From an uncultured virus (IMG/VR IMGVR_UViG_3300032132_000753) (taxonomy: Duplodnaviria > Heunggongvirae > Uroviricota > Caudoviricetes): 20,000 nucleotides of DNA. The stretch's first letter is position 1; every line of letters begins with the position of its first letter. The notes beneath the pieces were generated by a model. It was not told where the DNA came from. It was given only the letters and a program-made list of their open reading frames with translations, and did not search any database. The position numbers were made by a program, and so were the translations under genes. Location of the stretch: the IMG/VR virus record IMGVR_UViG_3300032132_000753, one strand, 5' to 3'. Below, piece by piece: positions 1 through 8,389 of the stretch.

Positions 1-640
1 GGCCAATTTTACAAGGGAACTTTTCAAGTCCTTCAAGGATTTCGCCTTCTTCTGTCGATACTTCAATAAAAGGACAAATTTGAGGAATCATTGGTCCAAT
101 TCGTGCCTGGTCCCAATCATAAAGAGGTAGTGGCATCAAGCCGACTTCAAGATTTCTTACTTCACCCTTACGGAAACGTTTATCAAGAGGTTCAAATGCG
201 AATCGTGGAGTAATAAGCCCATCATCTAAGAACCAACCATCCTGGAAGATCCAGAATTTGTTACATTGAGATAACCAAAGCTCTTCATCATCAAAATCGA
301 ATGTGGACAGATTTGTGGGTTCAGAACCAATAAACCGCCAGACATCGAAATAAATGCCCTCTTTAAATGTGTCTGGGACTTGGAATTCGACTACATAAAC
401 TCCGGGGCGTGTAGGATCAACAATAGCTGGTGCTGGATACCCAGTTAAATCAGGAGTGCCAAACAAAATCTGTGCTACCAAATTGTCATCTTTTACAGAT
501 TGATGGTATACATCTACTCTACGCAACGCGAATGGATCTTGGGATACTCCATTACGATTAAAAGTGACATTCAAGCCTACAGGCTGCCCAGTGCGGCCCG
601 AAATTCGTGGGTATAATCCGTCTGGTCCTGCTGTTGACAT
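1..640 (-). CDS. Hypothetical protein, partial (runs off the left edge); possibly virion-associated
   Basis: Not in the ORF track. ATG at 640-638 overlaps the TAA of the upstream gene (TAATG coupling). Manual translation stays open for 213 codons: MSTAGPDGLYPRISGRTGQPVGLNVTFNRNGVSQDPFALRRVDVY...GVYVVEFQVPDTFKEGIYFDVWRF...LEKFPCKIG. Confidence 0.85.
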   Translation of the reverse strand, partial: MSTAGPDGLYPRISGRTGQPVGLNVTFNRNGVSQDPFALRRVDVYHQSVKDDNLVAQILFGTPDLTGYPAPAIVDPTRPGVYVVEFQVPDTFKEGIYFDVWRFIGSEPTNLSTFDFDDEELWLSQCNKFWIFQDGWFLDDGLITPRFAFEPLDKRFRKGEVRNLEVGLMPLPLYDWDQARIGPMIPQICPFIEVSTEEGEILEGLEKFPCKIG

Positions 641-1215
641 TATGATCCTAAAATCTGGTCTATGATTTCATCGAAATCTTCATCTATAGTTTTGGATACG
701 TACAGAGATTCTTTAGTACCCCTCAGTTTGGACATGCCTCTGGCAGCTTGACGGTTTGTTGGAGTTTGATAGTGGTATTTCCCATCCATAGACTGGACAT
801 ATCGTCCTTTGGCAGGATTTTTAATACCAGAATCACTCATGTTTTGTCGCTCATGCTCGCTAGACCCAGGAGGACGCCTAGCTGGAGCAACGACCTGGTC
901 ATCGCGCATTTTGGCGTGTTCTGATTCCTTACGACTAGCATTTTTAGTTGGTGATTCATCAGGAAGTTGAGACCTCTTCCCACCGTTTTGATAAAAAGCA
1001 AGAAGAGCTTCATCTGCCTCGTTGCCATCAGGTGGCGGATCAGGAGCGCCACCACCAGGTTCTACAACTTTACCAGAATCATCACGACCGGCGCGGTGAG
1101 ATTGGCCCCTAGAATCCAATGGCTTACCTTGACCTTTAGAGGCCCTAGCTTGTTTAGAAAAGTAATCAAACTGCTTTTTGCTAACAATTTTAGCGATTTC
1201 ACCTGGTCTAGCCAC
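640..1215 (-). CDS. Hypothetical, largely disordered basic protein with an acidic C-terminal helix (191 aa)
   Basis: ORF track. Overlaps both neighbouring genes. K/R/S/G/P-rich and ends IDEDFDEIIDQILGS. Confidence 0.75.
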   Translation of the reverse strand: MARPGEIAKIVSKKQFDYFSKQARASKGQGKPLDSRGQSHRAGRDDSGKVVEPGGGAPDPPPDGNEADEALLAFYQNGGKRSQLPDESPTKNASRKESEHAKMRDDQVVAPARRPPGSSEHERQNMSDSGIKNPAKGRYVQSMDGKYHYQTPTNRQAARGMSKLRGTKESLYVSKTIDEDFDEIIDQILGS

Positions 1216-1444
1216 GATTTAACACATCCCCGTTTATTGGTCCAAAACCTTGAGCAATCAAATTGATATTAGCCAAAACCCTTGCCTCCGCAGTAGGTTG
1301 TCTAGCACCGTCTGGTCTAAGCTGAATGTTGATTGCAACATTTGGCTTAATTATATGAGGGTTTTTGGCCATAGGAGGTGTAGAAATATACCTTCCAATT
1401 GGTGGATAGGCACAACGTCCGCTCTTTTTGGCTTTAATTTGCAT
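1208..1444 (-). CDS. Small hypothetical protein (78 aa, MQIKAKKSGRCAYPP...), probably leaderless
   Basis: In-frame ATG at 1444 within ORF 1208-1465, 4 nt downstream of the motif CAAATATA (1456-1449). Overlaps the next gene by 8 nt. Confidence 0.6.
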   Translation of the reverse strand: MQIKAKKSGRCAYPPIGRYISTPPMAKNPHIIKPNVAINIQLRPDGARQPTAEARVLANINLIAQGFGPINGDVLNRG

Positions 1445-1448
1445 ACAA

Positions 1449-1470
1449 TATATTTGGGTCCCCAAACATA
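1449..1470. promoter_or_regulatory. Back-to-back divergent putative phage promoters: CAAATATA (minus, 1449-1456) and CAAACATA (plus, 1463-1470)
   Basis: The sequence tatatttg-ggtccc-caaacata lies between divergent genes. The same motif recurs at every apparent transcription start. Confidence 0.7.
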
Positions 1471-1482
1471 TAAATAAGTACT

Positions 1483-1893
1483 ATGGAATATACCAGACCA
1501 CAACTAAGGCTTCTAACCGAAAACAGGCAAGAAAGATTCCTAAGATTCGCCAGAATGATTGAAGCCAATCCAGGCAGTCTATTACAGATCTTAGATGACG
1601 CCAGAGGGGCCCGTTTTAACGAAACTGACCTCATTCAACTTCTAGCTTGGGCACAAAAAAAGAAAATAATTTCATTAAACCAATATAAACAATACTCCGA
1701 TAGGCTGGGCCAGTCTAAGACAGGTAGGATCAGACGTACCGGCAAAACTGGTAGACGAGATACCGCTTTATTAAAAGACAAAAGCGATGACGGTGAAGTT
1801 ACTTGTGCTTTCTGCAAAGACTCGGTTCCCGCGCACCGGGCTGATTTAGTAAAAGGCGGCGCTTGGATGTGTAATGTCTGCAGCGGAAGTTAA
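1483..1893 (+). CDS. Hypothetical protein with a C-terminal zinc ribbon (136 aa)
   Basis: ORF track. CAFC...CNVC Cys pairs at the C-terminus. Promoter motif upstream. Confidence 0.75.
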   Translation: MEYTRPQLRLLTENRQERFLRFARMIEANPGSLLQILDDARGARFNETDLIQLLAWAQKKKIISLNQYKQYSDRLGQSKTGRIRRTGKTGRRDTALLKDKSDDGEVTCAFCKDSVPAHRADLVKGGAWMCNVCSGS

Positions 1894-1904
1894 ATCGATT
1901 TAAC
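1889..1904. repeat. Perfect 16-bp palindrome GTTAAATCGATTTAAC
   Basis: Reads identically on both strands. Overlaps the stop of 1483-1893 and ends 4 nt before the promoter motif at 1909. Confidence 0.6.
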
Positions 1905-1908
1905 AATT

Positions 1909-1916
1909 CAAATCTA
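1909..1916 (+). promoter_or_regulatory. Putative phage promoter motif CAAATCTA
   Basis: Matches CAAANNTA, 16 nt upstream of the ATG at 1933. Confidence 0.6.
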
Positions 1917-1932
1917 CACCATAGGTTGAACT

Positions 1933-4900
1933 ATGGGTATTATCGTACGTGGAAAAGACTCTGCATCTGGCCAGAATAGAGAAGCTCTATTACCAGATGA
2001 ACTGCTTACCAAAAGCGGTGAATCCCTATCGCCGTTATTCAACGACGGAACTTTCCTAGCACGTAGTCAAAGCACTACCGTAACAGGTTCACACACGTTC
2101 GCCCAAGGTGAAAACGTCGTAACTGATGGTACAAACCTCTTCGCGCAAGGGTTTGGAATTGGCATCGGAGCTGATGGCTCAGAAGTTTTCGCTCAGGGTT
2201 ATAATGTCAACATTGCCGCTGATTCTGACAACGTTTTCGCTCAAGGTTTTGGAATTAGCGTACAAACTAATGATCCTACTGTAGGTCCAGACGACGTTTT
2301 TGCCCAAGGTTCAGCAATAAATACAGCTGGGCAAGCCGTGTTTGCCCAAGGTTATAACAACGACGTTTACGGCAATTACAACCTAGCTCAAGGTAAAAAT
2401 CTAACAATTGGTGGACCTACTAGCACCGAATGGTTTAATTTAGTACAAGGTCTTGACATCGACGTTCAAGGCAGCCGTGTCTTCGCTCAAGGGCGTGACA
2501 TCACCGTTGATAAAAGTCGCGGATTCGCTCAAGGCTCCGACATTACTTTATCCTCGTACCACGGTTTTGCTAGTGGTACTGATATCCGAATCTTAGCTAA
2601 TAGTTCTGCTGGAATTGGTAACGACATTTACGTTACTGATTACTTCTCATTCGCCCAAGGGCGTGACATCATCATTAATGATAGTCGAACGCCAACTAAC
2701 GGCGGAGGCGGAACAGCCCGTGGAGCGTTCGCCCAAGGATACAAAGTCCACGTCTATGACCCATATGTCTTAGCTCAAGGCTATGATATCACAGTCGGTG
2801 AGCCAAACAACGATACTTCATACTACGTGTTTGCACAAGGCCGTAATATTCAAGCTAGCGGCGATAGCATCTTTATGCAAGGAAGAGACATCTATAGTGT
2901 TGGTTCTTCAGATAATGTGTTCGCGCAAGGTGAAGATATCAGCTTACTTGGGTGCGACTACACTTTAGCGCAAGGAGAAGAAATCACTTGCGCTGATGGT
3001 GTCGACTATACTTTGGCTCAAGGATATGGATTAACTGTCGGATATGACTCAGAAAGAGTCCTAATTCAAGGATATAATAATACTGTTGGTGCTGGAAACG
3101 ATGATGTTTTCGTTCAAGGTTATGATGTTGTAACAGCCGATTATGTCAAAGCATCTTTCGCGCAAGGTGACAATGTCGATATGCGCATGGGTAATTCTTT
3201 TGCCCAAGGCAGCGACATCTATATGGGAACTACCTACCCGTCTGCCGGTTTTCAAAACTTCGCACAAGGTTCCAACATTACTGTACACAATGATTGTGTG
3301 CAAGTAATGGCTCAAGGCGGATTAATCACAGTTGCAACCGATGCTTACGAGATTTTCGCGCAGGGATTTAGTATCAATATTGGAACTCTACCAGTAGGCG
3401 CAGGAACATATCTGCACAATGTTTTTGCGCAAGGCCGGTTTCTATCTGTTGGCAATGACTCTAACGAAATTTTCGTTCAAGGTAATAACATTACCATGGG
3501 CGAGGATAACGATCAATTATTCGCGCAAGGCGCGAACATTACAGTTACAGGGTCCAACCAAAACACAAATATGCTACAGGGTTACGACATTACAGTTAGT
3601 GATGATGTCATTTTGGCTCAAGGATGGACTATCAACGTTGCAGGCGATTATGTCCTAGCCCAGGGACGCGACATTGATGTTAATAATGATTATACTTTAG
3701 CGCAAGGCTATCACATCACTACAAACGGTGATTACTGCTTCGCCCAGGGCTACGAAATCACCACCGCCGCATACGACAACAACTTCGCTCAGGGATACCA
3801 AATCGACTTATCATTAGGTGAAGATGAAGTCTTCGCCCAAGGATGTGATATCACCGTTTATGGTGGCGCTGAAAAAGTCTTCGCCCAAGGCGACAATATC
3901 AACATCGGTGGAGATTACTGCTTTGGACAAGGCGACGATATTTATCTGCCAGAATTCTCAGATTATTGCCTGGCTCAAGGATACGATATCCGCATCACTA
4001 GCCCATCAAAAGCACTAGACCCTAACGGAATCTCATTAGGACAAGGGTTTAACATTGATATTACCGCGTCACATTGCCTTGCGCAAGGTCGAAACATCCT
4101 TATTGAGGCAGACAACTGCTTCGCACAAGGGTTTGGAAACGACATCGATGCAGCAAACCAAGTCAATAGTTTCGCACAAGGTAACAGCAACTATATTGGC
4201 GGTGAAGGATACAACAACTTCGTACAAGGCGACAGCAATACAATCTATTATGGATACCACTGCTTCGCCCAAGGATATAGCAATTATGTCGAAGGAAACA
4301 CAGGAAGCTATGTCTACCAAGCTTTCATGCAAGGATACGATAACACAATTTCTTATTCCAACAACAGCATGGCACAAGGGTATACAAACGACATTAGTTC
4401 TAATGACGGTCAAAACTTTGCGCAAGGGTACGAAAACGTTATTACAGGAGAAAGCTGTTTTGTCCAGGGAAATGGCAACTTTATAGACGGAGACAACAAC
4501 TTCGCACAAGGATCTGACATCTCTATAGGCGCTCCATTCTCAACTGATACCGATGCCTGCTTCGCACAAGGATACATGATTACCTTCTCTGATGGGGTTA
4601 AATTCTCATTTGTACAAGGTGCTTATGCCAATGTTACCGCTTCCTACACCATGGCCCAAGGCGCTTATGTTGAAGCTATACGTGAAGGGCAACGTTCGTT
4701 CGGATCTAATAGAACTACTGGAATTGGCCATGGACAATCTAGTTTCATCGTCAGACATGCCAAAACTACTGACGCAACAGCAACAAATATCATAACGCTA
4801 GCTCTAGCTGAAGACAAGAGTTACATCATCTGGGGTTACGTAATCGCAAGAAACACAACAACAGATGATGAAACAGCATCATTCCGCCTTGGACAGTCTA

Positions 4901-5121
4901 CCGCATATAGGGATACTGCCGGGGATGCTGTTTTAATTGGAGCTGGGCCAACGTCACCAATCACTTTCACATCACAAGATTCAGGCGGTGGTAGTGTAGA
5001 TTGGATAGTTGAAATCTTGCCGGAAGCTTCATCGGCCAACGTACATATTGAAATCACCGGGGATGCTACTGATACAGTTGAATGGGTAGCACACATTAAC
5101 TTCTGCGAAGTCGCAGGATAA
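1933..5121 (+). CDS. Long fibre/adhesin-like virion protein with ~55 'FAQG' beta-solenoid repeats (1062 aa)
   Basis: Repeats of about 14-16 aa, [F/L]AQGxxIxV, resemble YadA-head/Hep_Hag-type beta-roll repeats. The non-repetitive beta-rich C-terminal domain (TTDATAT...VEWVAHINF) resembles phage fibre tips. Confidence 0.75.
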   Translation: MGIIVRGKDSASGQNREALLPDELLTKSGESLSPLFNDGTFLARSQSTTVTGSHTFAQGENVVTDGTNLFAQGFGIGIGADGSEVFAQGYNVNIAADSDNVFAQGFGISVQTNDPTVGPDDVFAQGSAINTAGQAVFAQGYNNDVYGNYNLAQGKNLTIGGPTSTEWFNLVQGLDIDVQGSRVFAQGRDITVDKSRGFAQGSDITLSSYHGFASGTDIRILANSSAGIGNDIYVTDYFSFAQGRDIIINDSRTPTNGGGGTARGAFAQGYKVHVYDPYVLAQGYDITVGEPNNDTSYYVFAQGRNIQASGDSIFMQGRDIYSVGSSDNVFAQGEDISLLGCDYTLAQGEEITCADGVDYTLAQGYGLTVGYDSERVLIQGYNNTVGAGNDDVFVQGYDVVTADYVKASFAQGDNVDMRMGNSFAQGSDIYMGTTYPSAGFQNFAQGSNITVHNDCVQVMAQGGLITVATDAYEIFAQGFSINIGTLPVGAGTYLHNVFAQGRFLSVGNDSNEIFVQGNNITMGEDNDQLFAQGANITVTGSNQNTNMLQGYDITVSDDVILAQGWTINVAGDYVLAQGRDIDVNNDYTLAQGYHITTNGDYCFAQGYEITTAAYDNNFAQGYQIDLSLGEDEVFAQGCDITVYGGAEKVFAQGDNINIGGDYCFGQGDDIYLPEFSDYCLAQGYDIRITSPSKALDPNGISLGQGFNIDITASHCLAQGRNILIEADNCFAQGFGNDIDAANQVNSFAQGNSNYIGGEGYNNFVQGDSNTIYYGYHCFAQGYSNYVEGNTGSYVYQAFMQGYDNTISYSNNSMAQGYTNDISSNDGQNFAQGYENVITGESCFVQGNGNFIDGDNNFAQGSDISIGAPFSTDTDACFAQGYMITFSDGVKFSFVQGAYANVTASYTMAQGAYVEAIREGQRSFGSNRTTGIGHGQSSFIVRHAKTTDATATNIITLALAEDKSYIIWGYVIARNTTTDDETASFRLGQSTAYRDTAGDAVLIGAGPTSPITFTSQDSGGGSVDWIVEILPEASSANVHIEITGDATDTVEWVAHINFCEVAG
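2092..4662 (+). repeat. Coding tandem repeat region: ~55 degenerate units anchored on ttcgcNcaagg (FAQG)
   Basis: Counted by hand in the translation. Most units are 14 or 16 aa, with occasional loop insertions. Confidence 0.9.
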
Positions 5122-5122
5122 A

Positions 5123-5130
5123 CAAAAATA
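5123..5130 (+). promoter_or_regulatory. Putative phage promoter motif CAAAAATA
   Basis: Matches CAAANNTA. Followed by a GGAG SD and the ATG at 5147. Confidence 0.55.
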
Positions 5131-5146
5131 AATCGGAGAACAGATT

Positions 5147-5437
5147 ATGCCACTCGTAGATGTAAAACCCGATCCTAGCCAAGATCCAAACGCTGATGTG
5201 TGTGCTGCGAGAGTTCGTAAACAACTTATTAAAGCACAGCGATCAGCTAAACGCGCATTAAAACAAATTCAAGCTGTTGTTCAAGCTGGTAGCGGCCACG
5301 GTATTACTACTGGAAACATCAGGACCAGTTTAGGTGCTGATGATGCCGAAGCACAAACAATACTAACTAAATTAGTCGCACTCGCAAACGATCACGCTAA
5401 AACTGGCGATGACGTTCTGACAAACCCGCTACCGTAA
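5147..5437 (+). CDS. Small helical hypothetical protein (96 aa); possible fibre-associated protein or chaperone
   Basis: ORF track, with a GGAG SD. The role is inferred only from its position directly after the fibre gene. Confidence 0.75.
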   Translation: MPLVDVKPDPSQDPNADVCAARVRKQLIKAQRSAKRALKQIQAVVQAGSGHGITTGNIRTSLGADDAEAQTILTKLVALANDHAKTGDDVLTNPLP

Positions 5438-7318
5438 TTACCCAGCCCAATCTTCTTCCTTGATAAATCCCATGTCGACTAAGAATCGAGATGGGATCGT
5501 CCCTATCGGGGTGCTACCGTCGACTCTAGTTCCAGACCTTGATAGATAAAGATAATCCCTTGGCCTGGTAACAGCGACATAACAGACTCTGCGCTCCTCC
5601 TGGACTTTATTTTCAGCAATTGATCTCTTATGTGGGAATGTAGATTCCTCTAATCCTGGCACAAATACAACATCGAATTCTAGACCTTTAGCGGCGTGAC
5701 ACGTCATGATTCTAAGAGCGTCTTCCTCCGACTCTTTGTCACTGTTAGAAATCAACATCACTTCTTGAAGATATTCAGCAACAGAAGGATTACCAGATCG
5801 TCGGCAGTAACCGTGGAATCCCCTCAAAAGTTCCAAAACATTATCTTCACGGTGTTCATTCTTCTGCTTATCAGTAGACCTAAGATAGTCCAAAAATCCT
5901 GATTCCTCAAAAACCGTAACAACGGAATGATAGGGGTCCGCTTTATCAAATTTCGCTAAAACTTCAACAAAATAACTTAAACAATCAGCGGTTTTCTTTC
6001 TAAACCCTTTGATATTTTTACTCTGACTACATGCATCAACAAAAGACAATTCGTTCTCTAATGCATAATCCAGAACACTAATGATTGATTTAGTTCCCAT
6101 TCCTCTCGGCGGGACATTAATAATTTCCTCAAAGGAGAGCGCATCCTCAGGATTGGCTAAGAATTTCATACACGCAAGAGCGGTTTTAACTTCTTTTCTA
6201 TCATAGAATCCAAAAGTCCCAATTAAAACATATGGGATCTGTTTCCTCCTAAAACATTCTTCAAAAGACCTAGTTAATGAATTAGTTCTGCAAAGAATTG
6301 CCATTTCTTTATAGTCGTACCCATCCCACTTGCGAGCCATGGCTAAATCAGCGATGCCTTCGGCTTCATCCTCTGGTTCATCATATTCAGAATAAACGAC
6401 TTTCTGCCCACCAAGACCCTTATGGGATTTCAAAGGAACCATACGACGGTCGGTGTTAGCATTAATGAGTTTTTCGGCGTTAGATAGAATTTCTGCCGTG
6501 CTCCTATAATTGGTGCTTAGATGAGTAACCGCTGCGCTAGGAAAATGAGTCTCAAATTTTTCAATATTTGCAATGCAAGCACCACGCCAACCGTAAATCG
6601 ACTGATCCTGATCTCCAACAGCAATAACGTTATTGTGTTTAGACGCCAAATGCCTAATCATATCTAATTGGGCTTTATTAGTATCCTGCATTTCATCTAC
6701 AAGAATATGCCTAAACCTAATAGCATAAGCATCGCGAACTCTCGGGTTCTCATTAAACACCTTGACGGTGTTATAGATTAAATCTCCGAAGTCCATAGTG
6801 TTAGACAGTTTAAGAGTTTTCTGATATTGTCTGAAAATTTTTACGTATTCTTCTTCTAAATGAAGTTCAAATTCATCGTCTGAAAGAACCTGGTTTTTCT
6901 TGCCTTCTAACATCTTGATTAGACGTCGATAATCATACTTAGCTTCTTTAGGATCCAATCCTAAACCTTTAGTAATCTTAGTTAAAAGGTTTTTCTGGGA
7001 GTGGGCATCGCAGATGCTAAAATTGGTCTTATATCCTAGAAGTTTTCCGCATTTTCTTAAGATTTTAACCCCAAGAGAGTGGAATGTCGTAATTAACAAC
7101 TTTTGGCCGTAACCTTGCCGTCTAACACGCTCAGCCATTTCTTTTGACGCTTTATTCGTGAATGTTACAGCCAAAATATTGGTTGGCCGAACATCATTTT
7201 CTAACAACGTAATAATTCGTTCTGTAATACAGCGCGTCTTGCCACTGCCTGGACACGCTAGAACAAGAAGAGGACCGCCAGGGTGGTCAACCACCATTTG
7301 TTGTTGTGGATTCAGCAT
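5438..7318 (-). CDS. uvrD: UvrD/PcrA/Rep-family SF1 DNA helicase (626 aa)
   Basis: Motifs LACPGSGKT (Walker A), AVTFTNKA, TFHSLG, LVDEMQD (Walker B), VGDQDQSIYGWRGA, NYRS, MTCHAAKGLEF, EERRVCYVAVTR, PSRFL. Confidence 0.96.
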   Translation of the reverse strand: MLNPQQQMVVDHPGGPLLVLACPGSGKTRCITERIITLLENDVRPTNILAVTFTNKASKEMAERVRRQGYGQKLLITTFHSLGVKILRKCGKLLGYKTNFSICDAHSQKNLLTKITKGLGLDPKEAKYDYRRLIKMLEGKKNQVLSDDEFELHLEEEYVKIFRQYQKTLKLSNTMDFGDLIYNTVKVFNENPRVRDAYAIRFRHILVDEMQDTNKAQLDMIRHLASKHNNVIAVGDQDQSIYGWRGACIANIEKFETHFPSAAVTHLSTNYRSTAEILSNAEKLINANTDRRMVPLKSHKGLGGQKVVYSEYDEPEDEAEGIADLAMARKWDGYDYKEMAILCRTNSLTRSFEECFRRKQIPYVLIGTFGFYDRKEVKTALACMKFLANPEDALSFEEIINVPPRGMGTKSIISVLDYALENELSFVDACSQSKNIKGFRKKTADCLSYFVEVLAKFDKADPYHSVVTVFEESGFLDYLRSTDKQKNEHREDNVLELLRGFHGYCRRSGNPSVAEYLQEVMLISNSDKESEEDALRIMTCHAAKGLEFDVVFVPGLEESTFPHKRSIAENKVQEERRVCYVAVTRPRDYLYLSRSGTRVDGSTPIGTIPSRFLVDMGFIKEEDWAG

Positions 7319-7330
7319 CCTATTAAGATA

Positions 7331-7612
7331 CTAGCAACGACCTCTTGTCGGGTGAGCACGATACTCAGTTGCCAAAATCGGCCTGCGGAAAACTGTCCTC
7401 TGAGAACGGATCCGTCTTGGCTTAATAGGGCAGATAGTGACTTGATTATCTGTTAATTTCTTAACGATCCAAGCGCTACCCGCTCTATTAGAAACATAGC
7501 AAATGTCTTTTTTCTGTTGGAGATACCCACCTGCTCTAATCCCAGATAATTCCGATGCCTTGGGAGGGGTGACCACATAAGGTAATTGATGTCCGTCGGT
7601 TGCTGCACTCAT
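7331..7612 (-). CDS. Small basic hypothetical protein (93 aa), probably leaderless
   Basis: ORF track. Fills the gap upstream of the helicase. The ATG is 4 nt after the motif variant TAAATATA. Confidence 0.6.
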   Translation of the reverse strand: MSAATDGHQLPYVVTPPKASELSGIRAGGYLQQKKDICYVSNRAGSAWIVKKLTDNQVTICPIKPRRIRSQRTVFRRPILATEYRAHPTRGRC

Positions 7613-7616
7613 ATTT

Positions 7617-7641
7617 TATATTTAACTAACGCGCAAACATA
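7617..7641. promoter_or_regulatory. Divergent putative promoters: TAAATATA (minus, 7617-7624, variant) and CAAACATA (plus, 7634-7641)
   Basis: Motif pair located in the divergent intergenic gap. Confidence 0.6.
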
Positions 7642-7666
7642 AAGCATAAATTAGGAGAATTTAAAA

Positions 7667-8155
7667 ATGGCTGTAAGCGATTTAACCATCAGGGTAAGCG
7701 GCACAGTTGCCTATAGTGATAACTCACACGGATCATTCGAAGCCACCGCCGTTTGGAAAACTAACTTAGGTGGCGTTATCGCACAGCATAGCTCTGTCGA
7801 TTCTCAACTTCATTTTGCGCAATTGTATGCCGATAAAGCCGCTGAAGTTAATGCTACACTAGCAATTCTACCAGCCGGGTCTGAAGGCGTTGTAGGTGTT
7901 ACACCTCCATCACCTAGCCCAAATAAGTTGGTAACAAGTTTTGTTATGGAAGTATCAGGCTTAGTAACCCTTGACGACAACAGCAATAGCTCGTTTGTTG
8001 CTCAATGGGTGAACGGAGTCCTCGATCTTTATCCTGACGAGACTGTTCCAGCCTGGCGATCTATCGCTGGCTTCTCAACTGAAGGCACCAACCCATATTT
8101 GGTTCAGGTTTTCGAAGCATTAGCTGGTGCTGGTAACGCAACAATTTCTGTTTAA
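7667..8155 (+). CDS. Hypothetical protein, likely virion structural, with an internal two-fold repeat (162 aa)
   Basis: Strong AGGAG SD. Repeats LTIRVSGTVAYSDNSHGSFEA and FVMEVSGLVTLDDNSNSSFVA. Confidence 0.8.
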   Translation: MAVSDLTIRVSGTVAYSDNSHGSFEATAVWKTNLGGVIAQHSSVDSQLHFAQLYADKAAEVNATLAILPAGSEGVVGVTPPSPSPNKLVTSFVMEVSGLVTLDDNSNSSFVAQWVNGVLDLYPDETVPAWRSIAGFSTEGTNPYLVQVFEALAGAGNATISV

Positions 8156-8156
8156 T

Positions 8157-8173
8157 CCGAATAAACTATTCGG
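8157..8173. terminator. Small hairpin between convergent genes (CCGAATA-aac-TATTCGG)
   Basis: 7-bp inverted repeat just after the stop at 8155. No clear U-tract. Confidence 0.35.
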
Positions 8174-8186
8174 GCGGAGATAGTCC

Positions 8187-8387
8187 TCAGCCTTCTCCTA
8201 TAGGCTTCGTTGATTTTTTCTCTCTCTTACGCACTTGCGCCTTTTTTGGCCCCTTTGAAGGTCCCTTGGACGCTCCTAGACGTGGACGGGTAGTAGCCTG
8301 AGAATCAGCAGCTTCCGCCTCACTGACTAGGCCAAGAGCCTCATCCAACGCACGATCAAATTCTTCTTCTAAATCTTCATCAGGCAT
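8187..8387 (-). CDS. Small protein with an acidic N-terminus and basic C-terminus (66 aa)
   Basis: ORF track. Starts 2 nt after the upstream stop. MPDEDLEEEFDRALDEALG...KREKKSTK. Confidence 0.65.
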   Translation of the reverse strand: MPDEDLEEEFDRALDEALGLVSEAEAADSQATTRPRLGASKGPSKGPKKAQVRKREKKSTKPIGEG

Positions 8388-8389
8388 AA

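Noticed and set aside
1469..1476. Exact T4 late promoter TATAAATA
   Set aside because: I noticed only one copy, overlapping a CAAACATA motif. The other starts use CAAANNTA, so it is probably coincidental.
2092..4662. CRISPR array or DGR template suggested by the recurring ttcgcNcaagg
   Set aside because: The repeats are only ~11 nt, vary at codon third positions, and stay in frame within one ORF. No cas or reverse transcriptase gene is present.
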